A stretch of DNA of 64,000 nucleotides from contig JAGVBU010000012.1 of the NCBI GenBank assembly GCA_020059585.1, positions 11,079-75,078 on the forward strand, given 5' to 3'. Source of the DNA: Minisyncoccota bacterium. Lineage in GTDB: Bacteria > Patescibacteriota > Minisyncoccia > UBA6257 > GWB1-50-10. The stretch's first letter is position 1. The number at the start of each line of letters is the position of its first letter. The position numbers and the translations under genes are program-made. Below are positions 45,010 through 55,948 of this stretch, piece after piece. The notes under the pieces were generated by a model. That model was given only the letters and a program-made list of their open reading frames with translations, did no database searches and was not told the DNA's origin.

Positions 45010-48000
45010 TTAGTCCTTTTTTATTCCCACCCAGACGTCCCATTCATCGATCTTTGTCTGGATCTCCGCGTCTATCTTCGGAGAACGTATTATTGTTGAA
45101 GATTTCGCCCCTACGTCCTTCTTTAGTCGCGTCATATGTTTCTCCGCCACAAACTGTATTTCCTCCGAACCGTGTACATAAAGCGTGATCGTGTCCTTCA
45201 TGCGAAGTCCCGCGTCCTGTCTAAGATCTTGGATAATGCGCACAAGCTCGCGGAAAAGCCCTTCTTCGCGAAGCGCGTGGGTAACGACAGTATCAAGAAT
45301 GACCGTTTCGCCAAGATTCTCTTGGAAGATCACCTCTTTCACGTTTATTTCATCCTTTAATATCTCAAGATATTTGGAGTCGCGCGCGGAAAGATTTGTT
45401 TTTTCGGAAGAAATCGTGATGGAAGCAAGAGGCTGACGGACCTTAATCCCCGTCTCCGCCCGTTTTGCGAGCGCGGCACTTGCAATCACGCGAACCGACT
45501 CCATTTTTTCAAACATCTTTAGCGCCTTTTTTGCTCGCGCGGAATCTCCTCGGGGCCATTCCTCAAGGTGAACTGACGTCTTTTTCTGCGGCAATGAGAG
45601 ATAGAGCGCCTCCGCGAAAAAAGGAGTAAAGGGCGCAAGGAGTTTTGAAATCTCAAAAAGCACATGCCCCAAAACCCTTGAAGCGACCATGTGGTCTTTT
45701 TTATTTTCAGGACGCTGAAGCCTCTTTCTCGACCGGCGTATATACCAACGGGAAACATCTCCTACAAAGTTTTCAATGTCTCTCGCGGCGCCTCCCACGT
45801 CATACGCGTCCAACGCGCGAGTTGCACGCGCAGACGTCTCTGAAAGGCGATCTAATATCCACAAATCAAGAAGCGTGCATTCCGATTTCGTGATTCTTTT
45901 TGCGCACGCGCTCTTGTCCGCATACAAATCAAAAAAGAGAAAAGAGTTATAAAGAAGGGAAAAGAGCTGACGTGATACTTTTGAGATATCCGCTTCATCA
46001 AAACGCTTTGGCTCTCCCGGAGGATTCACGGTGTAGAAATACCATCGGGACGCGTCAACTCCGTATTTTGCAATCATATCCCATGGACTTACTACATTTC
46101 CCCTTGATTTCGACATCTTCTGTCCATTCTTGTCGAGTACGAGTCCAAGGGATATTACATTTTTATACGGAGCCTCTTTTCCGAGAATCGCGGAAACCGC
46201 GAGAAGTGTGTAAAACCATCCTCTCGTCTGATCCATCGCCTCTGAAATATAATCAGCGGGATATGGAAGATTTTTTTTGGTTCCCTTTTCGAAAGGATAA
46301 TGCACTTGCGCGAACGGCATTGCTCCCGAATCGAACCATACGTCGGCAACTTCCGGAATACGGGACATTATTCCCTTCGCGCATTTCTCACATGGGAATT
46401 GCACCGCGTCTATGTAGGGACGATGCATATCAAAGCCTCCGGTGGCGTCACGCGGACCGCTGCGTATCGTCTCCTTCTCAAATCCCGCGTTTTTGACGTA
46501 ATCAACGCCCCGTTTCTCCTTCTCTTCAAGCTGGTCCTCAGTTGACCATCCCTTCGCAATGGTATGGAGCATGTATACAAGTCCATCGTGCGTTACTATA
46601 AGTATTTTTTTGTGGGAATGTTTTTTTTCAACATCGGAAAGAAACTCATACACCCGCCTCCTTAGATCTGTGTGATTTTCCCCATTCGGCGTTCTCTTCG
46701 TAAATTTTTCGGCGCGGTTTCCGTAATACGCGGCATACGACGCGTAGGGCTTTCCATTGAAGTCGCCAAAATCAAATTCGCGCAAGCGCGGATCAAAATG
46801 CACTTCCTTTATCCCGAGCGCCTTCGCCACTATCTCGGCGGTCTGCTTTGTGCGGGCAATATCGGAGGCGAATATAATATCAATTTTTTCCTTTTTCAAA
46901 ATACGCGCGCTTTTTTCAACTTGAGTCACTCCTTTCAGCGTAAGCGGGAGTTTTTCCGGTTCCGGCCAGCAATTAATAAGATGTTTTGTATTATTCTCGG
47001 CTTCCCCATGCCTCATGAATACATAAGAATTCGTACTCTTCCCAATCGCGTCACCAAATTCCTCCGCGGATTTCACGACGCGTATCGCGCTACAGGAATT
47101 ACACTCCCACACTGGAAGCGGGGTTCCCCAAAAACGTTCACGGGATATTGCCCAGTCCTTCACCTCGCGAATCCATTCCCCAAATCGTCCATCCTTCAAG
47201 TGGTCCGGAATCCAGCGTATTTTTTTGTTTTCTGAAATAAGTTTTCCGCGAAGCGAACTCATCTTTATAAACCATGAATTCCTCGCGTAATAGAGCAGCG
47301 GAGAACTACAACGCCAACAAAAAGGATATTCGTGCTTATATTTTTTCTCGCTGAAAAGATTTCCGGACTTTTCGAGCGCGTCAATGACATATGCCTCCGT
47401 TTTAGGATTCTTTGCCGGCATTCCCCCAAAATGAGGAATTTCTTGAAGAAAATTCCCCGCCTCATCAACAGTGTGGATTGCGGGAAGCCCAATTGCCACC
47501 CCAAGATTATAATCGTCCTCCCCGTACATCACCGCGGTATGCACAACTCCCGTGCCGTCCTCCGTGGTTACAAAATCCGCAGCATATACTTTGTAAGCCT
47601 TCTCATCCGTATCATTGTCTTTTATCGCCCGTATATCGAAAAGGGGCTCATATTCGATACCAAGAAGATCTTTTCCGTTAAGAGTAATCAGCGTCTTGTA
47701 TTCGGTGTGAAGCACGGAGTCAATCAGGTTTTCCGCCAAAATGTAGCGTTCTCCGGTATTCTTAATATTTACTACCTGATATTTGATATCCTTCCCCACC
47801 GCAAGAGCGACATTTCCGGGAAGCGTCCACGGCGTTGTCGTCCACGAAAGGATATAGGTATGCTCATCCGCGACAAAATCAGTTCCAATCTTCTGCCCTT
47901 TCTTCACTTTAAATTTTATATATACGGAACGGTCTTCCACCTCCTTATACCCTTGCGCAAGCTCGTGTGAAGAGAGCGCGGTTCCGCATCGCGGACACCA

Positions 48001-48558
48001 CGGCACCACCTTGTGTCCCCTATAGAGAAGTTTTTTCTTCCATGCTTCATGAAAAATCCACCAGAGTGTTTCAATGTACGAATTTTTGTATGTGATATAA
48101 GGATTCGCGAGATCGAGCCAGAAACCCATACGGACCGTAAGTTTTTCCCACTCGTCTTTGTATGTCCACACCGATTCCCTGCATTGCTCGTTGAACGGAG
48201 CGATGCCGAATTTTTCAATGTCCTTTTTTGTGGAAAAACCAAGCTTCTTCTCCACCTCAAGCTCAACGGGAAGCCCGTGCGTATCCCACCCCCCCTTTCT
48301 CGGAACATAAAAGCCGCGCATCGTTTTATATCGGAGAACAATATCTTTGAAAGAGCGGGCAAGTACATGATGGATACCCGGACGGCCGTTTGCGGTAGGA
48401 GGACCCTCAAAAAACACAAACTCTTTTTTCGTCCGGTTTTTTAAGAGTGAGCGGGTGAAAATATCGCTCTCCCGCCAGAATTCAAGCACTTTTTCCTCAA
48501 CTTCGGGAAGCGAAAATTTTTGGGTGTTTTTGAGCATATATATTTCTTTATGTCCCAT
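45010..48558 (-). CDS. ileS: Isoleucyl-tRNA synthetase with an inserted histidine-phosphatase (PGAM-like) domain
   Basis: HIGH-like PPTANGRPGIHH, CP1 editing domain, WCPRCGT zinc motif, KMSKS. A ~190-aa insertion (aa ~508-705) carries RHGEAENN and ILIVTHDGLV, the two catalytic-histidine motifs of the histidine phosphatase superfamily. Confidence 0.9.
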   Translation of the reverse strand: MGHKEIYMLKNTQKFSLPEVEEKVLEFWRESDIFTRSLLKNRTKKEFVFFEGPPTANGRPGIHHVLARSFKDIVLRYKTMRGFYVPRKGGWDTHGLPVELEVEKKLGFSTKKDIEKFGIAPFNEQCRESVWTYKDEWEKLTVRMGFWLDLANPYITYKNSYIETLWWIFHEAWKKKLLYRGHKVVPWCPRCGTALSSHELAQGYKEVEDRSVYIKFKVKKGQKIGTDFVADEHTYILSWTTTPWTLPGNVALAVGKDIKYQVVNIKNTGERYILAENLIDSVLHTEYKTLITLNGKDLLGIEYEPLFDIRAIKDNDTDEKAYKVYAADFVTTEDGTGVVHTAVMYGEDDYNLGVAIGLPAIHTVDEAGNFLQEIPHFGGMPAKNPKTEAYVIDALEKSGNLFSEKKYKHEYPFCWRCSSPLLYYARNSWFIKMSSLRGKLISENKKIRWIPDHLKDGRFGEWIREVKDWAISRERFWGTPLPVWECNSCSAIRVVKSAEEFGDAIGKSTNSYVFMRHGEAENNTKHLINCWPEPEKLPLTLKGVTQVEKSARILKKEKIDIIFASDIARTKQTAEIVAKALGIKEVHFDPRLREFDFGDFNGKPYASYAAYYGNRAEKFTKRTPNGENHTDLRRRVYEFLSDVEKKHSHKKILIVTHDGLVYMLHTIAKGWSTEDQLEEKEKRGVDYVKNAGFEKETIRSGPRDATGGFDMHRPYIDAVQFPCEKCAKGIMSRIPEVADVWFDSGAMPFAQVHYPFEKGTKKNLPYPADYISEAMDQTRGWFYTLLAVSAILGKEAPYKNVISLGLVLDKNGQKMSKSRGNVVSPWDMIAKYGVDASRWYFYTVNPPGEPKRFDEADISKVSRQLFSLLYNSFLFFDLYADKSACAKRITKSECTLLDLWILDRLSETSARATRALDAYDVGGAARDIENFVGDVSRWYIRRSRKRLQRPENKKDHMVASRVLGHVLFEISKLLAPFTPFFAEALYLSLPQKKTSVHLEEWPRGDSARAKKALKMFEKMESVRVIASAALAKRAETGIKVRQPLASITISSEKTNLSARDSKYLEILKDEINVKEVIFQENLGETVILDTVVTHALREEGLFRELVRIIQDLRQDAGLRMKDTITLYVHGSEEIQFVAEKHMTRLKKDVGAKSSTIIRSPKIDAEIQTKIDEWDVWVGIKKD

Positions 48559-48586
48559 TATACGTCAAAAAAACGATGATTTCTAT

Positions 48587-49546
48587 ATGAAAAACCTCTA
48601 TAATAATCCAATGGAATCATTGGGAATCACATCAGCAATCATTCTCCTTTTTTACATTCTCGGGAAATCTGCCGATATCGTTGTACTCAACATACGGAAG
48701 ATAGGAGAACGATTCGGAATACGGATATTTTTTCTGGGGCTCATTATAGGATTTCTTACGTCACTTCCCGAATTCTCCATAGGAGTAAACGCGCTCATCA
48801 CGGGAACAGCGGATATCTCATTTGGAAACCTCATTGGAGGTATATTTGTTCTTTTTGGGCTCGTGCTCGGATTAAGCATAGTCCTGAATAGGAAGATCCA
48901 TACCGACGGAAAGTTATCAACAATCCTTCCTATCGTTTCATATCTTCTTATTCCGCTTTTTCTCGGGTTGGACGGAAGCATTTCCCTTCTCGACGGCACC
49001 ATACTCATCCTTCTTTATTTCTTCATCGTCTATCACGCATACGCAAAAGGACATCACATTGAACGCGAAGTGCGGGTATCAGTAACAAAGAAAGATATGA
49101 TGAAAATGTTCTTTTCTCTCGTCGCGGGAATTGCGTTCATTATCGTCATATCGCACCTTATCATTGAACTTTCTCTCGTGCTCCTCGAAAGATTCAACGT
49201 TTCGAAAATGCTCATAGGACTTCTTTTCTTTTCTATTGGCACAAACTTACCCGAAATCATCGTCACTATACGTTCGTGGAAACGGAACGTCGAGGAATTG
49301 TCGCTTAGCAATATACTTGGATCCGCGCTCGCAAACATTCTCATTGTGGGAATTTTCTCTTTCGTGAGCCCCATCGCAATTGCGGCGAATGGTTTTTATT
49401 TTGTCACTATTATTTCTATGGCGATAATTTTGGGCTTCTTCGCTTTTTTTTACGAAACAGGGAGGGAACTGACGCGGCGCGAAGGAATTTTGCTTATCGG
49501 TATCTATGCCGTGTTTGTGATTATCCAAAGCGTGTTCTTCCTCTAA
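48587..49546 (+). CDS. CaCA-family cation/Ca2+ exchanger (YrbG-like)
   Basis: Two alpha-repeat regions (GNLIGG, GTNLPE); start moved to avoid overlap with ileS. Confidence 0.75.
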   Translation: MKNLYNNPMESLGITSAIILLFYILGKSADIVVLNIRKIGERFGIRIFFLGLIIGFLTSLPEFSIGVNALITGTADISFGNLIGGIFVLFGLVLGLSIVLNRKIHTDGKLSTILPIVSYLLIPLFLGLDGSISLLDGTILILLYFFIVYHAYAKGHHIEREVRVSVTKKDMMKMFFSLVAGIAFIIVISHLIIELSLVLLERFNVSKMLIGLLFFSIGTNLPEIIVTIRSWKRNVEELSLSNILGSALANILIVGIFSFVSPIAIAANGFYFVTIISMAIILGFFAFFYETGRELTRREGILLIGIYAVFVIIQSVFFL

Positions 49547-49561
49547 CGAAAGGAACAGCCC

Positions 49562-50185
49562 GTGGCGCGCGTATTAGCTATGGTGAACGCCTCATATCAT
49601 AAGAATTCCGCCGAAGAAACCGACGAGGTGCTCGCGGAAAAATCGCGGAACGATGAGTTTGCATATGCGAACCTTGTGGAACGATATGAAAAGAAACTCA
49701 TGCGATATATTATGCGAATCGGAATATTTTCCAAAGAGGACGCGGAAGAGATACTCCAGGAGGTTTTTATAAAGGCATATGAAAATATAGAAGATTTCGA
49801 TTTTCGATTGAAATTTTCTTCGTGGATATATCGCATTGCTCATAACGAGGCTGTATCCCGCATACGGCACGACGCGTCGAGGAATATCCTTTCGCAAGAC
49901 GAATTCGACGAAGTAGCGGATAAAATCGTCGACGAAACATCTTTTGAAGAACACATCGACAAAAAAATACTCACTGAAGAGGTGCGCGCGATAATACGCG
50001 CAATGGATCAAAAATATCGCGATGTGATTATATTGCGCTTCCTTGAAAACAAGGAATATCAGGAGATTTCCGATATTTTAAAAAAACCTCCCGGAACCGT
50101 CGCAACGCTTCTCAACCGCGCGAAAGAAAAACTCAAAAAAGAAGTCGCGAGCCATCCAACACTCTCATCATTATGGAATCACTAA
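49562..50185 (+). CDS. ECF-type sigma-70 family factor (second copy)
   Basis: Region 2 (EEILQEVFIKAYENIEDF...WIYRIAHNEA) and region 4 HTH. Confidence 0.75.
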   Translation: MARVLAMVNASYHKNSAEETDEVLAEKSRNDEFAYANLVERYEKKLMRYIMRIGIFSKEDAEEILQEVFIKAYENIEDFDFRLKFSSWIYRIAHNEAVSRIRHDASRNILSQDEFDEVADKIVDETSFEEHIDKKILTEEVRAIIRAMDQKYRDVIILRFLENKEYQEISDILKKPPGTVATLLNRAKEKLKKEVASHPTLSSLWNH

Positions 50186-50916
50186 AGAACGTTATATTGC
50201 AAAAAATAAAAAATAAGGAAATATCGAAAAAGCCTCGATGGTTTTTTGCGGTAAAAAATTCCGCGTTCTGGGTGTTCTGGGGGGTTTCCGTCGTGATAGG
50301 GTCCGTATCATTCGCTGTGATCGTATTCCTCGTAAGCGATTACGATTGGGACGTATATCAAAAACTTAATATGTCCCTCCCTCAACACATCATCACAAGT
50401 CTTCCTTATATATGGATAGCGCTCCTCGGAATATGTCTCTTTCTTGCATATAGGGAATTTAAGAATACGAAATCAGGGTACCGCTTTGCGCCTTATCTTA
50501 TCGCGGGAGGAAGCGTTTTTGTCAGTATCATTATAGGATCGGCGGCATACGCATCCGGTCTCGGGGAGAAGATAGACACCGTGATGTCCGACTCAATTCC
50601 CCCTTACAGGCAAATAGTACGCACAAAAATGGATCTGTGGAGAAAACCGGAACGCGGACTCATCGCCGGACGGATTGGAACGCCGATAGAGGATAAAATT
50701 TTTGAATTTACAGATCTTGAAAACGCGCGTTGGCGCCTTGATGCTACGAGAGCAACATGGAGATTTCCTGCTCCCCTCGCGCCGGGAATGACCGTGCGTA
50801 TTATCGGAGAGGAAGAGGGTCCGGGAATGTTCCACGCCAAAGAGATACGTCCATGGAAAAAGACATTCTCCATGGAAGGAATGAAAGAATCGTTTCCTTC
50901 TCCGCGTAATAGATAG
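50173..50916 (+). CDS. Putative anti-sigma factor / membrane protein coupled to the sigma factor
   Basis: Overlaps the sigma gene stop; multiple TM helices. Confidence 0.4.
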   Translation: MESLKNVILQKIKNKEISKKPRWFFAVKNSAFWVFWGVSVVIGSVSFAVIVFLVSDYDWDVYQKLNMSLPQHIITSLPYIWIALLGICLFLAYREFKNTKSGYRFAPYLIAGGSVFVSIIIGSAAYASGLGEKIDTVMSDSIPPYRQIVRTKMDLWRKPERGLIAGRIGTPIEDKIFEFTDLENARWRLDATRATWRFPAPLAPGMTVRIIGEEEGPGMFHAKEIRPWKKTFSMEGMKESFPSPRNR

Positions 50917-50947
50917 TGAAAGGTCGAAGAAAGTACGTTAAAAAACC

Positions 50948-51370
50948 ATGATAAAAAAGATAGCAATAGGATTCGGCGTCTTCAGCGTTATCGCAGGAGC
51001 AATTGCGATACCGAGCGCGCAGGCGTATCGGGGAGATATGTCAGTTCAGGGACCAAACTACTCTTACGAGCGTCATGAGGCAATGGAAAACGCCTTCGAA
51101 ACAGGAAACTACGAAGCGTGGAAAACGCTTATGCAGGGAAAAGGACGCGTCATTCAGATCGTCAATGAAAAGAATTTTTCAGAATTCGCCCGAGCGCACG
51201 TTCTCTTTAAAGGAGGGAAAAAAGATGAGGCCGTTTCAATCCTTAAATCACTCGGACTCGCCCAAAATAACGGATCAGGGATGGGAAATGGATTCGGAAG
51301 GGCAGAACGAGGTCAAAAGTGGGCTCCAAGAGGTCCCACGGGAGAGAAAATAAATACTACAAACCTCTAA
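50948..51370 (+). CDS. Hypothetical secreted protein
   Basis: Signal peptide. Confidence 0.35.
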   Translation: MIKKIAIGFGVFSVIAGAIAIPSAQAYRGDMSVQGPNYSYERHEAMENAFETGNYEAWKTLMQGKGRVIQIVNEKNFSEFARAHVLFKGGKKDEAVSILKSLGLAQNNGSGMGNGFGRAERGQKWAPRGPTGEKINTTNL

Positions 51371-51410
51371 CAAAAAACTTCCATGTGCACGTGGAAGTTT
51401 TTTGTTACTC

Positions 51411-53033
51411 TTACATTTTTTTAGGAGCAGATATTCCTATACAGTGAAACACGGAGCGGAATACATTCCGAGCCGCGAATACAAGCGCGAGACGAGGAAC
51501 GGAAATTGCGCCATCTGGACCGATTACTCGTTCGTGTTCATAAAAATTATGGAACGCGCGCGCAAGATCGAATGCGTATCGGGTAAGTCGATGCACCTCG
51601 TAATCCCGCGCGGTATCGGCAACGACACACGGAAATTCCGCGATGCGGCGTATGAGATTCATATCATGCGGCGAGAAAACAAATTCGGAAAATACGTCGC
51701 TTTCTGACTTCGGCTCCTCCGCTCCCGATTTTTCTATAATATTTTCCGCGCGTACGTGCGCATACTGCACATAATAGACTGGGTTTTTCATGGACTGCTC
51801 TTTCGCGAGATCAAGATCAAAATCAAGATGAGTGACTGGAGCGCTCGAAAGGAGAGAAAACACAAGATTATCGGAACCCACCTCATCCAAAACTTCTTTT
51901 GCGGTCACATATGTCCCCGCGCGCTTCGACATTTTCACAACCTCCTTTCCCTTCTTTACGCGCACAAACTGATAAAGTAACACGGAGAAATATTGCGGAT
52001 CGAATCCGAATATCCTTGCGAGTGCCTGAAGTTTAGGCACGTGCCCGTGATGATTGCTTCCGAAAACATCAATGACTATGTCGTATCCCGACTCAAATTT
52101 TTCCCTGTGATACGCGATATCAGAGGCAAAATACGTCGGCTTACCATTCGAACGGACTACAACCGACTCTCGATCTTCTAAAAATTCATCTTTCGGCGCA
52201 AACCACCACGCGCCCTCCGATTCTTTGAGCATCCCTTTTTTCTTGAGAAAGGCGATGGACGATTCCGTTTTCCCTTTGGAGAGGAAATCGCTTTCCTTAA
52301 AAAAACCATCGAAATGTATCCCAAGGCGGCGAAGCACATCCTCATTCTCTTTAAGAATAAATTCAAGGGTAAAATCGGTGATTGTGCCTATATCACTCAT
52401 AGAAAGCGCTCCGCCAAGCGTCGCATGCGCCGCCCGCGCGACTTCCTCGAGATAGGTTCCTTGATATCCCCCCTCTGGAAACTCCGCGCTTCCACCGCGT
52501 ATCGTCTCATACCAATACCATACGGTCGCGGCAAGCTTCTCTATCTGAGTGCCTGCGTCGTTATGAAAATATTCGCGAAACGTCTCATATCCCGACATCT
52601 CAAAGACGCGGGCAATCGATTCGCCATATGGGCCTCCGCGGGCATTCCCAATATGTATCGGTCCAGTTGGATTCGCGGACACATACTCTATGCGCGCCTT
52701 GCGCCCCGTTCCTATAGTATTCTTTCCGTATTCGGAACCAAGCATAAGATTCTTCTCGATTTCTCGGAAAAAAAATTGAGGGTGAATATAAATATTCACG
52801 AACCCTGGGTGTACCGCCTCCACATTTGAAAAAATATCTTCTCCTGATTTCTTAATAGTTTCGGAAATTTCCCGAGCAACCTCAATCGGCGATCTGCCCT
52901 TTCTTTTTGCGAGCCCAAAGGCGCAATTCGCGGAAAAATGTCCCCGCGTGTCGTCGTCCTGAAATTCAAGAGTCCAATCCCCAAGATCGGAAACCAACTC
53001 TTCAATCCGTGCTTTTACAATATCACGAAGCAT
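51411..53033 (-). CDS. argS: Arginyl-tRNA synthetase
   Basis: SANPTGPIHIGNARGG (HIGH region) and C-terminal DALR anticodon-binding domain. Confidence 0.9.
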   Translation of the reverse strand: MLRDIVKARIEELVSDLGDWTLEFQDDDTRGHFSANCAFGLAKRKGRSPIEVAREISETIKKSGEDIFSNVEAVHPGFVNIYIHPQFFFREIEKNLMLGSEYGKNTIGTGRKARIEYVSANPTGPIHIGNARGGPYGESIARVFEMSGYETFREYFHNDAGTQIEKLAATVWYWYETIRGGSAEFPEGGYQGTYLEEVARAAHATLGGALSMSDIGTITDFTLEFILKENEDVLRRLGIHFDGFFKESDFLSKGKTESSIAFLKKKGMLKESEGAWWFAPKDEFLEDRESVVVRSNGKPTYFASDIAYHREKFESGYDIVIDVFGSNHHGHVPKLQALARIFGFDPQYFSVLLYQFVRVKKGKEVVKMSKRAGTYVTAKEVLDEVGSDNLVFSLLSSAPVTHLDFDLDLAKEQSMKNPVYYVQYAHVRAENIIEKSGAEEPKSESDVFSEFVFSPHDMNLIRRIAEFPCVVADTARDYEVHRLTRYAFDLARAFHNFYEHERVIGPDGAISVPRLALVFAARNVFRSVFHCIGISAPKKM

Positions 53034-53096
53034 AATGCATTCACTTTATACCGAAAATAAATGTTGGGCAATAAATAAAAAGAGCGCGTATTGCGC

Positions 53097-53549
53097 TCAT
53101 TGTAATGCCTTATAATTGTGTATGATTCCGTCCGGTGTTTCAGAAACTATGATGCGATATATTCCGAATGGATTCTTTGTGTTTCTCTCAAGTTCATCGC
53201 ATGTGATGTGAATGAGATCGATAAAACCGGAGCGCACCGCGAAAAGAAGTTCACTCATCCGCGACCCTACGGGAAACACATCTCTTCTTTTCCATAATTC
53301 TCTCATCCGATTCTTCCGGAGACGATCCATAAGATCTTGGTGCCCCTCCTTTACAATCACAAATATTCTTTCTCTTCCGCGAAAAAATTCACGTGCGGCA
53401 TCCGCGGTCTCCTTTGAGTTCACTAATATGTATATACTGTCGCCGTTGTCTGTTATGAAATTAATCACGGGAGGAACGTTATCACGGATATCACTGTTGG
53501 GACCGAATACTACGGATTCGAAAAATAAAAACGTTTTTTCCATTGTCAC
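53097..53549 (-). CDS. Hypothetical protein
   Basis: 150-aa ORF. Confidence 0.35.
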   Translation of the reverse strand: MTMEKTFLFFESVVFGPNSDIRDNVPPVINFITDNGDSIYILVNSKETADAAREFFRGRERIFVIVKEGHQDLMDRLRKNRMRELWKRRDVFPVGSRMSELLFAVRSGFIDLIHITCDELERNTKNPFGIYRIIVSETPDGIIHNYKALQ

Positions 53550-53589
53550 TCCCCTTTTCTATGTTACTTTGCTACCCTAAACATATACT

Positions 53590-54024
53590 ATGAAGACGAT
53601 TGCGGTCAATAAACGGGCGGAATTCGATTATGAAATTCTCGAACGATTCGAGGCGGGATTGATGCTGACCGGACACGAAACAAAATCAATACGACTCGGC
53701 CACGCAAACCTCGCGGGTGGACGCGCCATTATCCGCGGAGAAGAAGCATTCGTCGTGGGACTACAAATCCCCTCATTTCAGCCAGAAAATAAACCCGACG
53801 GATATGACACGGAAAGGACGCGCAAGCTTCTCCTTTCGAAAAAAGAGATACGCCATCTTTTCGGAAAAACGCAAACGGGATTGACTCTTATTATCACGAA
53901 ATTGTATAATAAAGACCGCCTTCTGAAGCTTGAACTCGCGCTTGCGCGCGGAAAGAAGAAACACGATAAGCGTGAGGTAATCAAAAAACGGGAAACAGAA
54001 CGGGAGATACGAAGGGGGTTATGA
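53590..54024 (+). CDS. smpB: SsrA-binding protein
   Basis: IAVNKRAEFDYEILERFEAGLMLTGHETKSIR SmpB signature. Confidence 0.9.
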   Translation: MKTIAVNKRAEFDYEILERFEAGLMLTGHETKSIRLGHANLAGGRAIIRGEEAFVVGLQIPSFQPENKPDGYDTERTRKLLLSKKEIRHLFGKTQTGLTLIITKLYNKDRLLKLELALARGKKKHDKREVIKKRETEREIRRGL

Positions 54025-54102
54025 AGTCTGTAGAATATATGGAACAGAAAGTAAATCAAAAGTTATTTAAAAATTAAAAATTCATTTGTGAAAAAAATAC
54101 AT

Positions 54103-54423
54103 GGGGATGACGGGCCTCGACAATGTGGCCTCTCCGCAGACTGCGTGCCGAGCTCGAATATCTCGTAAAACTGTCCGAACAAACAATAACTGCCAACAAA
54201 ACAGCAGTTCCGGCGTTCGCCTTCGCGGCATAACGCTCATCGGGCCCAAGGTCTCATAGGGATCACCCGGTGTTATATCTGAGACTCGTTCCGTAAAAAC
54301 CGCTTTGCATATACGGAATCAAAGACGCGAAGCACCATTGTTTCGGACGTTAGTCCAAAAACTACGCATGTAGAGTGTCTGTGAAGAACTCATTGGACGC
54401 CGGTTCAACTCCGGCCATCTCCA
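54103..54423 (+). ncRNA. ssrA: tmRNA (ssrA), ~321 nt
   Basis: 5' end GGGGATGACGGGCCTCGAC (consensus GGGGnnGAnnGGnnTCGAC). 3' tRNA-like end GGACGCCGGTTCAACTCCGGC-CATCTCC-A with a G3:U70 pair. Candidate tag ORF GCC AAC AAA ACA GCA GTT CCG GCG TTC GCC TTC GCG GCA TAA (ANKTAVPAFAFAA*) at 54192-54233. Adjacent to smpB. Confidence 0.85.
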
Positions 54424-55948
54424 CATCTTGTACATTGGGATCAATAACCTGTTTAAAAACCCTTAAAGGAAGGGATAATTCTGCGGTTCCAAAACCATTT
54501 TGAGGATCGTAGGCGAGTTTTGATTCAAATATAATCTTGAATATCAATCGTTTTTCGGATAAATCCTCTTTTTCCCATTGTGTATGTGGGTTCTTTAGTA
54601 TTTCAAAAACTTTTTCGAGGGCGGTTTCAAAGCTTATAGATAATTTTTGTTGAGTGCCATTAATTCGTTCTTCGAGTACTTTTCTTTCCTCGGAAAGCCT
54701 TTCTATCTGCTGTTCATATTCCTGAATTAGCGTTTCTTTTTTTGATTTAGAAACCCGATCCATAAAACCGTCCACCTCTCCTAGTATTTCTTTGAGGCGA
54801 TTCTTGTCCTTTTCTTCACGCTTTTTAACTTCTCCCACTTTTTCATTCCAGATATCGAGTGTTATGGCTTTTGTTAGTTCAAGCACACCCGGCTTAGGTT
54901 TTATATGCCTTAAAATCGCCCCAAAACTGCCCTCTATAACGCTTTTAGGCACCCCTTTATTCCTCATAAGACAACTTACAGAAGCACACCTATAATAGCC
55001 GAATTTTGCATTTCTACCTCTACTCCAACTTGCAGTGTATGGTTTCCTGCAGTGTTCACAAAGAACGAATCCACGAAGGGGAAAGTCGGGGTTAGCGTCT
55101 TTCCTTGTTTGAGTCCGGACTTTGCCCAAGAGTTTTTTCTGAATTTTTTCAAAAGTTTCTAAACTTATAAGCGGTTTATGGTGTCCCTTTCTCCGTGATA
55201 CCTCCCAAGGAAGATATTCAACGTAGCCAGCGTAGATTGAACGCATCAGAAGACGTTTCACATCTTCTACATACGGTTTTTTCCCTTTGCGCTTTCCATA
55301 ATAGTTTTTTGAAACAAGGAATCGCAACACGTCCATCTGCTCGTATAGCTCTCCTGAGGCGTATTTTTCCAATGCTTCGCGTATAGTGGTCGCTTCTGGT
55401 TCCGTAGAAACCAATAGTTTGCCGTGTATCGGGTCCTTTTTTTGTACATACCCGGGAGGAGGATAAAACGGCCAATATCCTTTTTCTAAGCGAGCTTTTT
55501 GCTTTTGAATAACCTGACGCTTATTCTGCTCTCGTTCTAATTGCCCCTGGGCAGCAAAAATCGTTTCTACAAATGCGCCCTCGGGACTATCATCAAAATT
55601 ATAATTGAGACACTCGGGCTTTAATTCACGCGCACGAAACTCACGTCGTAGATTCCAATGGAAAATGGTGTCTCGAGCAAATCGTTTTAGATCGTCAAAA
55701 ATTACAACGTATTTTTTGTGTCTATTTTTATCTGCATAATCGAGTAAGGACCGCATTGCTGGCCGATTCATAAAATCTCCGCCCCCACTAAAGCTGTCTC
55801 GAAATACCCGTTCTATCTCGTATCCTTTCGTCCGTGCATATTCACGACAACGATGTTCCTGACTATCTAGCCCGTGTCCATCGTTCTTCTGTCTTTCGGA
55901 AGAAACACGGCAGTATATAAGTGCGAATGTTTTCTGCATATACATCAT
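54362..55948 (-). mobile_element. Large serine recombinase (integrase) whose C-terminal coding region overlaps the last 62 nt of tmRNA
   Basis: N-terminal catalytic domain YCRVSSERQ (catalytic Ser), recombinase domain, Cys-rich zinc ribbon (CEHCRKPYT...YYRCASVSC) and coiled-coil; 528 aa. Confidence 0.85.
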
